Part shown: in pieces, positions 1 to 9,955 of the stretch
Layout: every line of letters begins with the position of its first letter
How positions within the stretch are numbered: the stretch's first letter is position 1
Assembly (NCBI GenBank): GCA_965262915.1
Contig: OZ253564.1
Coordinates: 2,752,001 to 2,816,000, forward strand
DNA: 64,000 nucleotides
Reading direction: 5' to 3'
Origin: Candidatus Spongiisociaceae bacterium
GTDB lineage: Bacteria > Actinomycetota > Acidimicrobiia > Spongiisociales > Spongiisociaceae
Notes under the pieces: generated by a model
The model's database searches: none
Told to the model about the DNA's origin: nothing
Seen by the model: only the letters and a program-made list of their open reading frames with translations
Translations under genes and position numbers: made by a program

Positions 1-693
1 CGTCCGGGGCCCTTCGTCGGATGTGATCAGAGCCATGGTGCGACCCTTGGGTCCTGACGGAGCTTCGATGGGGACCACCTCGGCGTCGAACCGGCCCGCG
101 CCTTGGGCGGCGATTGCCCGGCGGTGGCTGGTCAGGGCGAACTCATCCTGGTCGGTACGGGAGACATCGTATTTGGCCGCTACCTCTTCTGCGGTCTCGC
201 CCAAAGTGATGGGCGGGTACATCATCCGCATGCGCGGATTGGTGAGCCGCCAGCCGAGAACGGTGTCCACCATTCGAGGGGCTCCCACCCCGTAGGCTCG
301 CTCGGGCTTCGTCACTACGAAGGGAGCGCGGCTCATGGATTCGGATCCCCCGGCGATCATCACGTCTCCCCACCCCGAGGCCAAGGCCTGAGCCGCGGTG
401 ATGATGGCCTGGAGTCCCGATCCGCACAGACGGTTAACGGTCTGGCCGGTGATCTCGATACCCAGTCCGGCCAGCAACACGGCCATACGCGCCACGTTGC
501 GGTTGTCCTCCCCGGCCTGGTTGGCGGCGCCCCACACCACGTCCTCGATGTCGGATGGGTGGAGGCCGGGGTTGCGCTCCATCAGGGCGCCCACCACGTG
601 GGCCGCCAGGTCGTCGGGCCGCAGTGCGGCCAGTTGCCCTCCGATCCGCCCCATGGGAGTGCGGCATGCGTCTGCGATGTATATCTCGGTCAT
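1..693 (-). CDS. Acetyl-CoA C-acyltransferase (thiolase, PcaF/PaaJ-like), 3' end beyond the window edge
   Basis: Manual translation from ATG at 693: MTEIYIADACRTPMGRIGG...GAANQAGEDNRNVARMA...TVNRLCGSGLQA...AGGSESMSRAP, including the catalytic Cys motif. Absent from the ORF track because it runs off the window. Confidence 0.93.
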   Translation of the reverse strand, partial: MTEIYIADACRTPMGRIGGQLAALRPDDLAAHVVGALMERNPGLHPSDIEDVVWGAANQAGEDNRNVARMAVLLAGLGIEITGQTVNRLCGSGLQAIITAAQALASGWGDVMIAGGSESMSRAPFVVTKPERAYGVGAPRMVDTVLGWRLTNPRMRMMYPPITLGETAEEVAAKYDVSRTDQDEFALTSHRRAIAAQGAGRFDAEVVPIEAPSGPKGRTMALITSDEGPRT

Positions 694-852
694 GGCTCTC
701 GGTACTCGCGCATGCCGGTACCGTACTCCCCTCGGGCGGCGGTCGTTCGGCCATTCCCAACTCGATTCCCGGGACCCGGTGTTCGGGTCTCTTCGAAGTC
801 GGGGAGAAGGTCCTAACATAAGTGCTGGTTTGCCGTGTTGACGGCTGTTTTA

Positions 853-874
853 TGTCACACCCGGCCGGTATGAT
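853..874 (+). promoter_or_regulatory. RecA-NDp/PafBC-type DNA-damage promoter
   Basis: TGTCAC-N10-TA-TGA-T fits the actinobacterial TGTCRG-N10-TA-N3-T layout, 8 nt before ATG 883. Confidence 0.6.
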
Positions 875-875
875 C

Positions 876-889
876 CGAACATATGTACG
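876..889. promoter_or_regulatory. LexA (SOS) box overlapping the start codon
   Basis: CGAAC-ATAT-GTACG, one mismatch from CGAAC-N4-GTTCG. Confidence 0.65.
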
Positions 890-2253
890 AATACCTTCTC
901 GACATTGGCGAACCCGACCCCATCACCCCCAGCCACGGTGTGGTGTCCGAGGCGGAGCGGTCATTCGCCGGTATGTTCATGACCCGCTACCAGAAACAAC
1001 GCCAGCGCGCCTACGACCGGGCGGCGCATATGGTCAACAGCGCTGGTCATCATCCGCATCGGGAAACCGAGGACGCCAAAGCAGAAGCCGGACTGGTAAG
1101 GGCCCAGGTCCGCATCAGCCGGGCCTAGGGCGACCAAGTGGGGTGGGTGAAGAGCATGCTGCGGTTCAACATGGCCGCACACCGTGGGTACCGGACCCCG
1201 GTGGACATGGTGGTCTCCCTGGCAGATGTGCCATGCTCGGCCGCCCGCGAGCTCGTGTATCTGGCCGAGCGGCTGGACGAAGGCGAGATTGCGCGGATAC
1301 GGGCGGGCGAGGTCTCCTATGCCCGACTGTTGGAAGAAACCCGCCTGCGAGAAGCCGGAGCGTCTGCCGGGGAGGTGGAAGCAACCCGTGAGTTGGATCT
1401 CGATCGGGTCAAGCGGGTCTGCCAGCAGCGGAGGAAGATGACCCGGGAGGATGAGCGGCGGGTGTTCGAGGGCCAGTATGTGGCGTTGCAGCCGTCTCTG
1501 GACGGAACGCATATGCGGGTGATGGGCAAACTCGGTGCTTACGAGGGGGAGTTGTGCCGCAAGGCCCTCAACCAACTGGGCGACCGGCTCATACCCGCCG
1601 GCGAGACCCGTCCCGATCCGGGGCACCGAAGGGCGCTGGCGCTCACCGCCCTGTGCCAGGACGAATTGGACCGGGACCCGAGCTCCGGACCGAGATCAGA
1701 CAACCCGGATGCTTCATCATCGGGGAAGCGGCGGGAGCCGCTGCTCATGGTCGTAGCCCACCATCCCCTCGCCGAGGAGTCCGGCTACGAGCAGGGCGCC
1801 GGGGTACTGGCCGGCGGCAGGGTGGGGCCGGACACCATCGATATGCTCACCTGTCGGGGCCGGGTCGAACACGTCACGGTCGGGGGACAGAGCCTCACCT
1901 ACCACGGCTCGACGTCTTCGATACGGCCTTCGCTGCGCCGAGCTGTCCTGGCCCGAGATGATGGGTGCACTATCGATGGCTGCACTTCCACCTACCGGCT
2001 CGAAGTCCACCACATCATCAGGAGGTCCGGGGGTGGGGATCACTCCGCGGAGAACCTCACTACCCTCTGCTGGTGGCACCACCACGTAGCCATCCACCGG
2101 CGAGGAATGCGCATCGACCCCCAATCCCCACCCCGCAGAAGGCGGCTACTACCCCCACGGGCACGGTGCGGCTACCAGCCACCCGGCCCCGACCCTCACA
2201 CCGTGGCCATCCTCCGCATCCTCGAACAACACTCCAACCGATCCCCACCCTGA
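883..2253 (+). pseudogene. DUF222/13E12-like HNH endonuclease interrupted by an in-frame TAG at 1126-1128
   Basis: ORFs 883-1128 and 1138-2253 share a frame. The C-terminus has LRRAVLARDDGCTIDGC...LEVHHI...GGDHSAENLTTLCWWHH (HNH) and ends RSPP. Confidence 0.8.
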
Positions 2254-2307
2254 GGGGGTCCGGGCGACACCTCGCGCAAGATCTCATTCGCCCGCCGTTG
2301 CTCGCAC

Positions 2308-2796
2308 TCATGTGGTGAGCGGAAAGCCGGGCACACTGCCCGCGAGGAGATTTCCGACCAGCGCCACGAATCCCTCGGGAAAGAACAACTCATCCGACTC
2401 ACGGAGGGCTTCCAACGACCACCAGCGTATGTCTCGAATCGGTTCGTCCGTCCGGTTGTACAGCGAATCAGGCTTTGGCGCCCGGCCGACGAAGTAGCGT
2501 TCGTCGTACTCCTTGAGTTCTCCTCGATGCTTCAGGAGGGGCTGGCGGGTACAGACACATGGACCCACCGTCGTCAGCACGATGCCGGTCTCCTCCTCGA
2601 GTTCTCGTGCCGCCGCTTCCTCGAAGGTCTCTCCATCTCCGACCCCGCCACCAGGTGGGACCCAAAACTCCAGATGGTGTGGATTGGCCGGATCAGCGGG
2701 CTCCTGTTCGCGGTACTGCACCATGAGAACCTCGTGCTGCGGCCTCACAACAATGATTCGGGCAGTTCTACGGATCCTCATGGGTATGGCGATCAT
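2308..2796 (-). CDS. NUDIX hydrolase
   Basis: Nudix box GGGVGDGETFEEAAARELEEETG. ATG at 2796 overlaps the upstream stop (ATGA). Confidence 0.9.
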   Translation of the reverse strand: MIAIPMRIRRTARIIVVRPQHEVLMVQYREQEPADPANPHHLEFWVPPGGGVGDGETFEEAAARELEEETGIVLTTVGPCVCTRQPLLKHRGELKEYDERYFVGRAPKPDSLYNRTDEPIRDIRWWSLEALRESDELFFPEGFVALVGNLLAGSVPGFPLTT

Positions 2797-4124
2797 CCGC
2801 GTTCGGCGACCAGGAGCAGCACGGATCCCTCGGCCGTCATCACGTACACCTCCCCCGCCCTGTCCATCCCGAATGACACCACGTGCCCGGCGTTGCCCAC
2901 CTCGCCGGTCCAGTCGAGGGGTTGGTCGACCGAGCCCTCGATGGGAAAGCTGCGCAGGTACTCCCCGCAGTAGTCGGAGAAGAGGTAGTGCCCGTACAGC
3001 TCCGGGATCGAGGTTCCCCGGTAGACGACTCCCCCGGTGATGGAGCACGTGCCGGCGTCCCCGTGTTCCACCTCGAGAACCGGCAGGGTCAGGCCGGCGG
3101 CATCGCAGCCCGAGGGCGGTCGGAAACAGTGGAGACCTTCCGTGATGGGCCAGCCGTAGTTGAGGCCAGGTGTACTGATCGAGGCCACAGAGACCTCTTC
3201 GAAGCGATCCTGGCCGACATCGGCGATCACGATGAGACCCGACGGGGGATCGATAGCGAAGCGCCACGGATTGCGGAGGCCTATCGCCCATACCTCCGGC
3301 GCCGGGAAGGGGTTGCCCGCCGCGGGGAGGAGGGCGCCGGGAACCGAGACATCGAACCGGAGCAGGGCGCCGAGCGGGCTCCGGTCGTTCTGACCGTGTC
3401 CGAACTGGTCGTTCGCCCCTCCCCCGTCTCCGAGGCCCATGTAGAGGTACCCGTCCGGTCCGAAGGCGACGGTCCCGCCGTTGTGGTTGGCGGCCGGCTG
3501 CGGGATCCGGAACAGAACGGCCTCTCCGTCGGCGTCGACCTCCCCGTTGGCAGCCGCGTACTCCGCCAGGACGGTGTCCCCGTTGCGGGCCGTGTAGTGG
3601 ACGAACAGGCGACCGGAGTCGGGGTAGTCGGGAGAGAAGGCCAAGCCGAGCAAACCCTGCTCGCCCCGGTCCCGGACCCGATCACTGATGTCGAGAAACG
3701 GTTCGTCGGCCAATCCGTCCGCCCCGTACAGCCAGAGATATCCACCCTTGGAGGCGATGACCAGGAGCCGGGTTCCGGGAAGTGGCGCCAGGTCGATCGG
3801 AAACGGTACCGTCGTCACCTCCCGGTAGGCGAGGGAACGGAGCGGCGCGAGAGATGCGGTGGTGGAAGTGCCCGGCGGCTCCGCGGATGGTTCGGCCGGA
3901 TCCTCGGAGCTTGCGCCCGTGGTTGCGACCGTAACCAACGTTGCGGGTGTCGCGGTGCTTGCCAGGATCGGTGTCGTGGTGCTTGCTAGGACGGGCGCCG
4001 CGGTTGTGGAGGTGGACGGGGACGTGCTGGTGGGTGGGACGGTAACGACGGCAGGCTCGGCTGCGCCGCCACAGGCAGCCACCACCACCGCGGGCAGGAT
4101 GAGGACGGATATCCATCGGCGCAT
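2793..4124 (-). CDS. PQQ-dependent glucose/sorbosone dehydrogenase family lipoprotein
   Basis: Lipobox VAAC, Thr/Ser linker, GEQGLLGLAFSPDY, NHNGG, GLGDGG, GLRNPWRF, NYGWP. Confidence 0.9.
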   Translation of the reverse strand: MRRWISVLILPAVVVAACGGAAEPAVVTVPPTSTSPSTSTTAAPVLASTTTPILASTATPATLVTVATTGASSEDPAEPSAEPPGTSTTASLAPLRSLAYREVTTVPFPIDLAPLPGTRLLVIASKGGYLWLYGADGLADEPFLDISDRVRDRGEQGLLGLAFSPDYPDSGRLFVHYTARNGDTVLAEYAAANGEVDADGEAVLFRIPQPAANHNGGTVAFGPDGYLYMGLGDGGGANDQFGHGQNDRSPLGALLRFDVSVPGALLPAAGNPFPAPEVWAIGLRNPWRFAIDPPSGLIVIADVGQDRFEEVSVASISTPGLNYGWPITEGLHCFRPPSGCDAAGLTLPVLEVEHGDAGTCSITGGVVYRGTSIPELYGHYLFSDYCGEYLRSFPIEGSVDQPLDWTGEVGNAGHVVSFGMDRAGEVYVMTAEGSVLLLVAERG

Positions 4125-4256
4125 GCCGGAAGAGTATTGGCGCCCGGCCGGTTATCGGACCCGTAGCGTCGTATGTTCATCCGTCGGGCGGTCGCCAATA
4201 CCCGTGAGACGGGCTGCGGTGGTGCTACCGTCGGAGCGTCCCCGACCTTTCCTTGG

Positions 4257-5597
4257 GTGCTGACCTTGACCGATCTGGTGCGTAACGATCGCAAGACGAT
4301 CTTCGGCTGGGCCATGTACGACTGGGCCAACTCCGCCTTCGCCGTCACGCTCGGCGCGGTGATCGCTCCGTTCTTCGCCGAAGTAATCGTGCCGGAAGGA
4401 GGCTGGAACGGCTGGTCGGCCGAGACCATATGGGCGGCCGTAGTGTCCATCGGTTCCATCATTCTCTTCCTCCTGATGCCGGTCCTTGGGGTGATCGCCG
4501 ACTTCAACTCGGCCAGGCGCAGGTTCCTCCGCAACTGCGCCGTGGCGGGAGGAATCACGGTGCTGGTGCTTCCCTTCGTACCCGATGGGGCGGTTCCGTG
4601 GTTCCTGGTAGTGGCGGTGACGGCCCACATCGGGTTCGTGGCGGCCAACGTGTTCTACGACGCTTTCCTCCCGGGCCTGACCACCGAGGACACCATCGAT
4701 CGGGTGTCCTCGAAGGGATTCGCCTTCGGCTACGTGGGAGGCGGCCTGTATCTGGTCTTGGCCCTGGCTCTATTGCTGTCGAGCGGTGACGATGGCTTTA
4801 CGGGCCTGTCGACCAGCGGGGCGGCCCGCGTCGCCATCTTCGGCTCCGGATTGTGGTGGATGGGCTTCAGCGTCTATGCCCTCCGCTTGCTGCCGGAGGT
4901 CGGTGTGGCATCCCCGATCCCGTCACGCTACCGGCACATGCAGCCGTGGCGCGCGTACACGGCCATAGGCTTCGGCAGGACTATGACGACGGCGAAGAAG
5001 TTGGTCGGGTTCCCGCAGCTGCTGCTCTTCGTGGTCGCGTTCATCTTTTACAACGACGGGACCATGACCGTCATCAACATCTCCGGGTCGTACGCTTCCG
5101 AAACGCTCGATCTTGAGATAGCCGAGATATCGATAGCGTTCCTCATCGTGCAGTTCGTGGCCTTCGGGGGGGCCCTCTTCTTCGGGATGGTGGCGGACAG
5201 GATCGGAGCGAAACAGGCCATTATCTGGTCGCTGGTCGTGTGGTCCCTTATCGCGGTGGCGGCTTACTTCCTCCCGGCCGGAGAGGTGATGCCCTTCTAC
5301 ATCATCGCGGTGGTGCTCGGCTGGGTTCTCGGTGGCGTTCAGGCGCTGAGCCGCAGCCTCTACGCGACGATGATTCCGGAGGAGGCCTCGGCCGAGTTCT
5401 TCGGTTTCTTCTCAGTTTTCTCGAAGTTCTCGGCGATCTGGGGACCGCTCGTGTTCAGCATCGTCAGCCATCGGACCGGGTCGGGGCGGCCGGCTATCCT
5501 CTCTATCGTCGCCTTCTTCGTAGTCGGAGGCTTCCTGCTGGCGAGGGTGAACGTGGACGAGGCGAGGGCTACCCGACATCGATGGGTATCACATTGA
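4257..5597 (+). CDS. MFS transporter, UMF1/Atg22-like
   Basis: GWAMYDWANSAF, FYDAFLP, GGVQALSRSLY, AEFFGFF and about 12 hydrophobic segments. Start codon is uncertain. Confidence 0.88.
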   Translation: MLTLTDLVRNDRKTIFGWAMYDWANSAFAVTLGAVIAPFFAEVIVPEGGWNGWSAETIWAAVVSIGSIILFLLMPVLGVIADFNSARRRFLRNCAVAGGITVLVLPFVPDGAVPWFLVVAVTAHIGFVAANVFYDAFLPGLTTEDTIDRVSSKGFAFGYVGGGLYLVLALALLLSSGDDGFTGLSTSGAARVAIFGSGLWWMGFSVYALRLLPEVGVASPIPSRYRHMQPWRAYTAIGFGRTMTTAKKLVGFPQLLLFVVAFIFYNDGTMTVINISGSYASETLDLEIAEISIAFLIVQFVAFGGALFFGMVADRIGAKQAIIWSLVVWSLIAVAAYFLPAGEVMPFYIIAVVLGWVLGGVQALSRSLYATMIPEEASAEFFGFFSVFSKFSAIWGPLVFSIVSHRTGSGRPAILSIVAFFVVGGFLLARVNVDEARATRHRWVSH

Positions 5598-5598
5598 A

Positions 5599-5940
5599 AT
5601 GACCGAGGAATCGACCAAGGGTCCTGAGGAGGGCGGGAGTTCCGCGGCACCGCCGCTAACCGAAGCCCCCGAGCGGCTGCGATCACGTGTCAGGTGGGGC
5701 TTGGTGGCCCTCGTGGCGTTGGCCGTGGCCCTAGGGTTCATCGCGTACCAGAACATCGGGGATGTATCGGTCCGGGCGTTCTGGTGGGAGTTCAAGATCC
5801 CGCTCCTGGTTGTCATCGTGGCCACCGCTATTCTCACGCTCGTAGTCCAGAGGCTGGTCTGGCTGGTTCTCCGGTGGAGAAGGCGCAGAACGCGTCACGA
5901 TGGCGAGCGGACGCCTCGCCATGGCAGGCGGAGAAGGTGA
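5599..5940 (+). CDS. Small membrane protein, LapA/DUF1049-like
   Basis: Two transmembrane segments around FIAYQN...V.FWWEF..PL and a basic tail. Confidence 0.7.
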   Translation: MTEESTKGPEEGGSSAAPPLTEAPERLRSRVRWGLVALVALAVALGFIAYQNIGDVSVRAFWWEFKIPLLVVIVATAILTLVVQRLVWLVLRWRRRRTRHDGERTPRHGRRRR

Positions 5941-6051
5941 AATCACACCTGCTAGAGACCCGATTCGATGTCTACTGCGTCGCATGTCTCGGGAACGGGA
6001 CATCCATACGGAAAACACCAACTACGATTCTGACCGCATCGGGAGGTTGAG

Positions 6052-6603
6052 ATGAAGATCACACAGGAGTTCCAGGTCGCCAGCAGCCCGGAGGCCGTGT
6101 TCCGGTTCTTCCAGGACGTACCGTCGGTCGTCCAGTGCATGCCCGGGGCCGAGCTGACCGAGGACAGGGGCGACGGGGAGTACACGGGCAAGATCTCCGT
6201 CCGGCTCGGACCGATGACAGCCGGTTTCGAAGGCCAGGCCACCGTCACGTCGGATGCCGGCACCCGGACCGGCAACATAGCCGGCAAGGGGGTCGATCGT
6301 CGGGGAGGTTCCCGGGGCCAGGTGAATGTCCACTACTCGGTCTCGGAGACCGACGGCGGGTCGGCAATATCTGTGAACGCCGACATCAAGATCTCGGGCG
6401 CCGCAGCCCAGTTCGGGCGCACCGGGTTGATCAACCAGATTTCCCAGCGTCTGATCCAGGACTTCGTCAAGTGCCTGGAGGCCAAACTCGAGGCCGAGAA
6501 CCAGGCGGCAGCAGCCGAGATAGAAGCGTCCGATGTGAAGGGCGTGTCGCTGGTTGCGTCCACCTTAGCTTCAGGAGTCAAGAAACTGTTCAAACGCGGG
6601 TGA
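6052..6603 (+). CDS. CoxG/SRPBCC family protein
   Basis: VVQCMPGAEL, VRLGPM, AQFGRTG; RBS GGAGG upstream. Confidence 0.88.
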   Translation: MKITQEFQVASSPEAVFRFFQDVPSVVQCMPGAELTEDRGDGEYTGKISVRLGPMTAGFEGQATVTSDAGTRTGNIAGKGVDRRGGSRGQVNVHYSVSETDGGSAISVNADIKISGAAAQFGRTGLINQISQRLIQDFVKCLEAKLEAENQAAAAEIEASDVKGVSLVASTLASGVKKLFKRG

Positions 6604-6642
6604 CGGAGATGCGCGTGAGGAACGGCGGGTTCCGGTTGCCGG

Positions 6643-7767
6643 TCAGCTGCCGATAGCCTCGATCACGTAGTCGATACAGGCGGTCAGGGCTTCGACATCC
6701 GAGGGGGGGATCGTCGGCCACAACCCTATCCGCAGTTGGTTGCGTCCCAGCTTCTGGTACGACTCGGTGTCCACCACCCCGTTGGCCCGCAGCGTGGCGG
6801 CCAGGTGGTCGCCGGACAGCGGCGGTTCGAAGTCGATGGTGGCGGTAACACGGGACCGGATGGACGGATCGGCGACGAAGGGTTCGGCCATGGAATGGGC
6901 ATCGGCCCAGCCGTACAGGATGTCGGCGTTGCGGGCGCAGCGTTGCGCCGACCAGGCCAGGCCACCCCGCCCGTTGATCCACTCGACGGTGTCGGTCAGC
7001 AGGTAGATGGTGGCCAGGGCGGGCGTGTTGTACGTCTGGTCCTTGCGGGAGTTGCTGACGGCCGCGGCGAGGGAGAGGAAGGGTGGCATCCATCGTCCGG
7101 ATGCCGCGACCTGCTCGATCCGCTCGACCGCCTTCGGTGAACAGAGGGCGACGTACAGCCCGCCGTCGCCCCCGAAGGCCTTCTGGGGCGAGAAGTAGTA
7201 GACATCGAACTGGGCCGGGTCGACCGGGATCCCGCCCGCGGCCGACGTGGCGTCGACGACGGTCAGCCCTTCCGCCTCCACCATGGTCACAGGCATGGTC
7301 ACCCCGGTCGAGGTCTCGTTGTGGGTGAGCGCGTAGACATCGATCCGGTCCGACGGCACGGGCGAGGGATGCGTACCGGGAACCGATTCGATCACCTGGG
7401 GAGGATCCAGGTGGGGGGCGCCGGTCACCGCCCGGGCGAACTTGGATGAGAATTCGCCGAAGCTGAGATGCTGGCTTGCACGGTCGATCAGGCCGAAGGC
7501 GGCGGCGTCCCAGAAAGCCGTGGCCCCGCCGTTGCCGAGGACGACTTCGTACCCGTCGGGCAGGTGGAACAGTTCGGCCAAGCCCTCCCGCAGCCGGCCC
7601 ACCATCGCACGCACGGTCGGTCGGCGGTGTGAAGTGCCGATATAGGACGTGCCCGAGGCCGCCAGACTATCCAGCGCCTCTTGGCGGACTCTGGTGGGGC
7701 CGCAACCGAACCGGCCGTCCGCCGGGAGCAGGTCGGACGGTATCTGGATCGAGATGTGTTCCGGCAT
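6643..7767 (-). CDS. serC: Phosphoserine transaminase (actinobacterial type)
   Basis: [53 protein letters not shown]. Confidence 0.95.
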   Translation of the reverse strand: MPEHISIQIPSDLLPADGRFGCGPTRVRQEALDSLAASGTSYIGTSHRRPTVRAMVGRLREGLAELFHLPDGYEVVLGNGGATAFWDAAAFGLIDRASQHLSFGEFSSKFARAVTGAPHLDPPQVIESVPGTHPSPVPSDRIDVYALTHNETSTGVTMPVTMVEAEGLTVVDATSAAGGIPVDPAQFDVYYFSPQKAFGGDGGLYVALCSPKAVERIEQVAASGRWMPPFLSLAAAVSNSRKDQTYNTPALATIYLLTDTVEWINGRGGLAWSAQRCARNADILYGWADAHSMAEPFVADPSIRSRVTATIDFEPPLSGDHLAATLRANGVVDTESYQKLGRNQLRIGLWPTIPPSDVEALTACIDYVIEAIGS

Positions 7768-7807
7768 GTCTATCGTTCCATCCCTGGGACCGGATACGGA
7801 GAGTGTG

Positions 7808-9004
7808 ATGCCAGGATTATCGCAGCGAATCCAATCGATGGCCGAATCGGCCACCATGGCAATCACCGCCAAGGCGAAGGCTCTGCGCGCCGCCGGTCAT
7901 GACGTGATCGGCTATGGGGCTGGCGAGCCTGACTTCCCCACTCCCTCCCCCATTGTGGCCGCCGCCATAGAAGCTGCCGCTGACCCGGTCATGCACAGGT
8001 ACACCCCGGCACCCGGCCTCCCTTCGCTCCGTGAGGCGGTGGCCGCCAAGACCTACCGGGATTCGGGCTACGAGGTGGCGCCTTCGCAGGTGATCATCAC
8101 CAACGGCGGCAAGCAAGGTGTCTACACGGGGATTCACTGCCTGGTCGATCCGGGGGACGAGGTCTTGCTGCCGGCGCCCTATTGGGTCACCTATCCGGCG
8201 GTGGTCGACCTGGCCGGCGGGGTGACCGTTCCCATCGAGACCGATGAGGGCAGCGGTTTCAAGGTGACGGTGGATCAACTCGAGGCCGCCTACACCCCCC
8301 GTACCAAGCTGTTGATCTTCGTGTCCCCGTCCAACCCGACCGGTGCGGTATACAACGCGTTTGAAGTAGCCGAGATCGGGCGTTGGGCGGTCGATCGAGG
8401 TATCTGGGTGCTGACCGATGAGATCTACGAGCATCTCGTGTACGGGGATGCCGAGTTCGCATCGCTGCCGGTGGAGGCGCCCGAGTTGGCCGAACGGTGC
8501 GTCATAGTGAACGGGGTGGCCAAGACCTACGCGATGACCGGTTGGAGGGTGGGATGGATGGTCGCCCCGGCCCATGTGATCGCGGGAGCTACCAAGCTCC
8601 AGGGCCACCTGACATCCAACGTGTCCAACATTGCGCAGGCCGGCGCCATTGCTGCCGTGTCGGGGCCCCTCGACGATGTGTACATGATGAGAGAGGCGTT
8701 CGACCGGCGCAGACGAATCATGCACCGGATGCTCAACGAGACGAAAGGCATCGACTGCATCGAACCGGAAGGAGCTTTCTACTGCTTCGCGTCGGTACGG
8801 GGGGCGCTCGGCCGCCGTGTGGGAGATGTCCGGCCCGCCACCGCACTGGAACTGGCCGACGCCTGCCTCGATCAGGCCGGGGTGGCCTTCGTTCCCGGTG
8901 AGGCGTTCGGGGCCCCGGGCTACGCCCGCTTCTCCTATGCACTCGGTGATGAAGACCTCGTGACCGGATTGGCCAGATTCCAAGACCTCCTCGGAACCTC
9001 TTGA
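7808..9004 (+). CDS. aspC: PLP-dependent class I/II (aspartate) aminotransferase
   Basis: [44 protein letters not shown]. Confidence 0.9.
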   Translation: MPGLSQRIQSMAESATMAITAKAKALRAAGHDVIGYGAGEPDFPTPSPIVAAAIEAAADPVMHRYTPAPGLPSLREAVAAKTYRDSGYEVAPSQVIITNGGKQGVYTGIHCLVDPGDEVLLPAPYWVTYPAVVDLAGGVTVPIETDEGSGFKVTVDQLEAAYTPRTKLLIFVSPSNPTGAVYNAFEVAEIGRWAVDRGIWVLTDEIYEHLVYGDAEFASLPVEAPELAERCVIVNGVAKTYAMTGWRVGWMVAPAHVIAGATKLQGHLTSNVSNIAQAGAIAAVSGPLDDVYMMREAFDRRRRIMHRMLNETKGIDCIEPEGAFYCFASVRGALGRRVGDVRPATALELADACLDQAGVAFVPGEAFGAPGYARFSYALGDEDLVTGLARFQDLLGTS

Positions 9005-9088
9005 GAGAGCAAGAAGGGTCTCGATTTACTCAGTACCCAAAATAGAATCACTCAATCCTGTGAGTCGGCGGCTGGCGAGGGGTTTCTT

Positions 9089-9877
9089 CTAGGGCGTGTT
9101 CACGTTTCTGAGCGTGTCGTGTATGAGCGCGAGGGTGATGAATGCTAGGAACATCACGTCGAGTTTGTCGTAGCGGGTGAAGACACGCCGGTAGCCTTTG
9201 AGCCGTCGGAAGAGCCGTTCGACCTCGTTCCGTCGCTTGTATATCGGACGGTTGTAGTCCCACGGGTGGCGGCGGTTGCTTCGGGGTGGGATGACCGGCG
9301 TGTAGCCCAGAGCGACGGCCAGTTGCCGTGTTTCGTCCCCTTCATAGGCGCGGTCCGCTACCAGGAACAGCTCTAGCTGCTCCCCTTCCTGCTCCTTTTT
9401 TCGTGGGCCCATCTTTTTGAGGAGCTCCCGCCCATGGGGAGCATCATGGTCCTGACCTGGGGAAAGAGCGAATAAGACGGCGCTACAAGCGCTGGCCGCG
9501 ACCATGTGGATCTTGGTGTTCAACCCTCCCCGGGAGCGACCGATGGCCTGGGGACCCCGCTTTCGGAGAGCACCACAGCCGTCGGGATGAACCTTGACCG
9601 ACGTGCTGTCCAGGCCCAGAACTTCGAGGTCGATGAGCTGTTCCTGCTGTAGACGCTGGAACACCCGGTCCAAGACGCCGCTGGCCGCCCAGCGGCTCAT
9701 CCGCATGTAAACGGTGTGCCAGTTCCCGAACCGTTCGGGAAGCGCCCGCCATTTGCAGCCGTGCTCCAGTACGTACAGGATGCCGTTGAGGGCTTGGAGG
9801 TTGGATACCTTGACGGTACCGCGGGGTTTCGGGAACACGTCTACTATGAGTTGGTATTGTTCTTGTGTTATTGTCAT
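9089..9877 (-). CDS. IS5-family transposase
   Basis: GCKWRALP, LDSTSVKVH, GRSRGGLNTKIH, ADRAY, YKRRNEVERLFRRLKGYRRVFTRYDK. Confidence 0.95.
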   Translation of the reverse strand: MTITQEQYQLIVDVFPKPRGTVKVSNLQALNGILYVLEHGCKWRALPERFGNWHTVYMRMSRWAASGVLDRVFQRLQQEQLIDLEVLGLDSTSVKVHPDGCGALRKRGPQAIGRSRGGLNTKIHMVAASACSAVLFALSPGQDHDAPHGRELLKKMGPRKKEQEGEQLELFLVADRAYEGDETRQLAVALGYTPVIPPRSNRRHPWDYNRPIYKRRNEVERLFRRLKGYRRVFTRYDKLDVMFLAFITLALIHDTLRNVNTP

Positions 9878-9921
9878 ATCGTAATGATATCACATCAGTG
9901 TAACTTTAGGTGAACACGCCC
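9092..9921 (-). mobile_element. IS5-family element, copy 1 (830 bp)
   Basis: Terminal inverted repeats GGGCGTGTTCAC flanked by TA on both sides. Near-identical to 49729-50558. Confidence 0.92.
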
Positions 9922-9955
9922 TAATAGACGACTCCGGTACGGTCAGTCCGAGAAG

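Noticed and set aside
103-841. Plus-strand ORFs at the window start
   Set aside because: They are antisense shadows of the minus-strand thiolase. The same applies to most long overlapping ORFs in this GC-rich DNA (e.g. 36528-38171, 19328-20671).
1126-1128. Amber codon as pyrrolysine
   Set aside because: There is no methyltransferase context and no pyl genes in the window; CAG>TAG is simpler.
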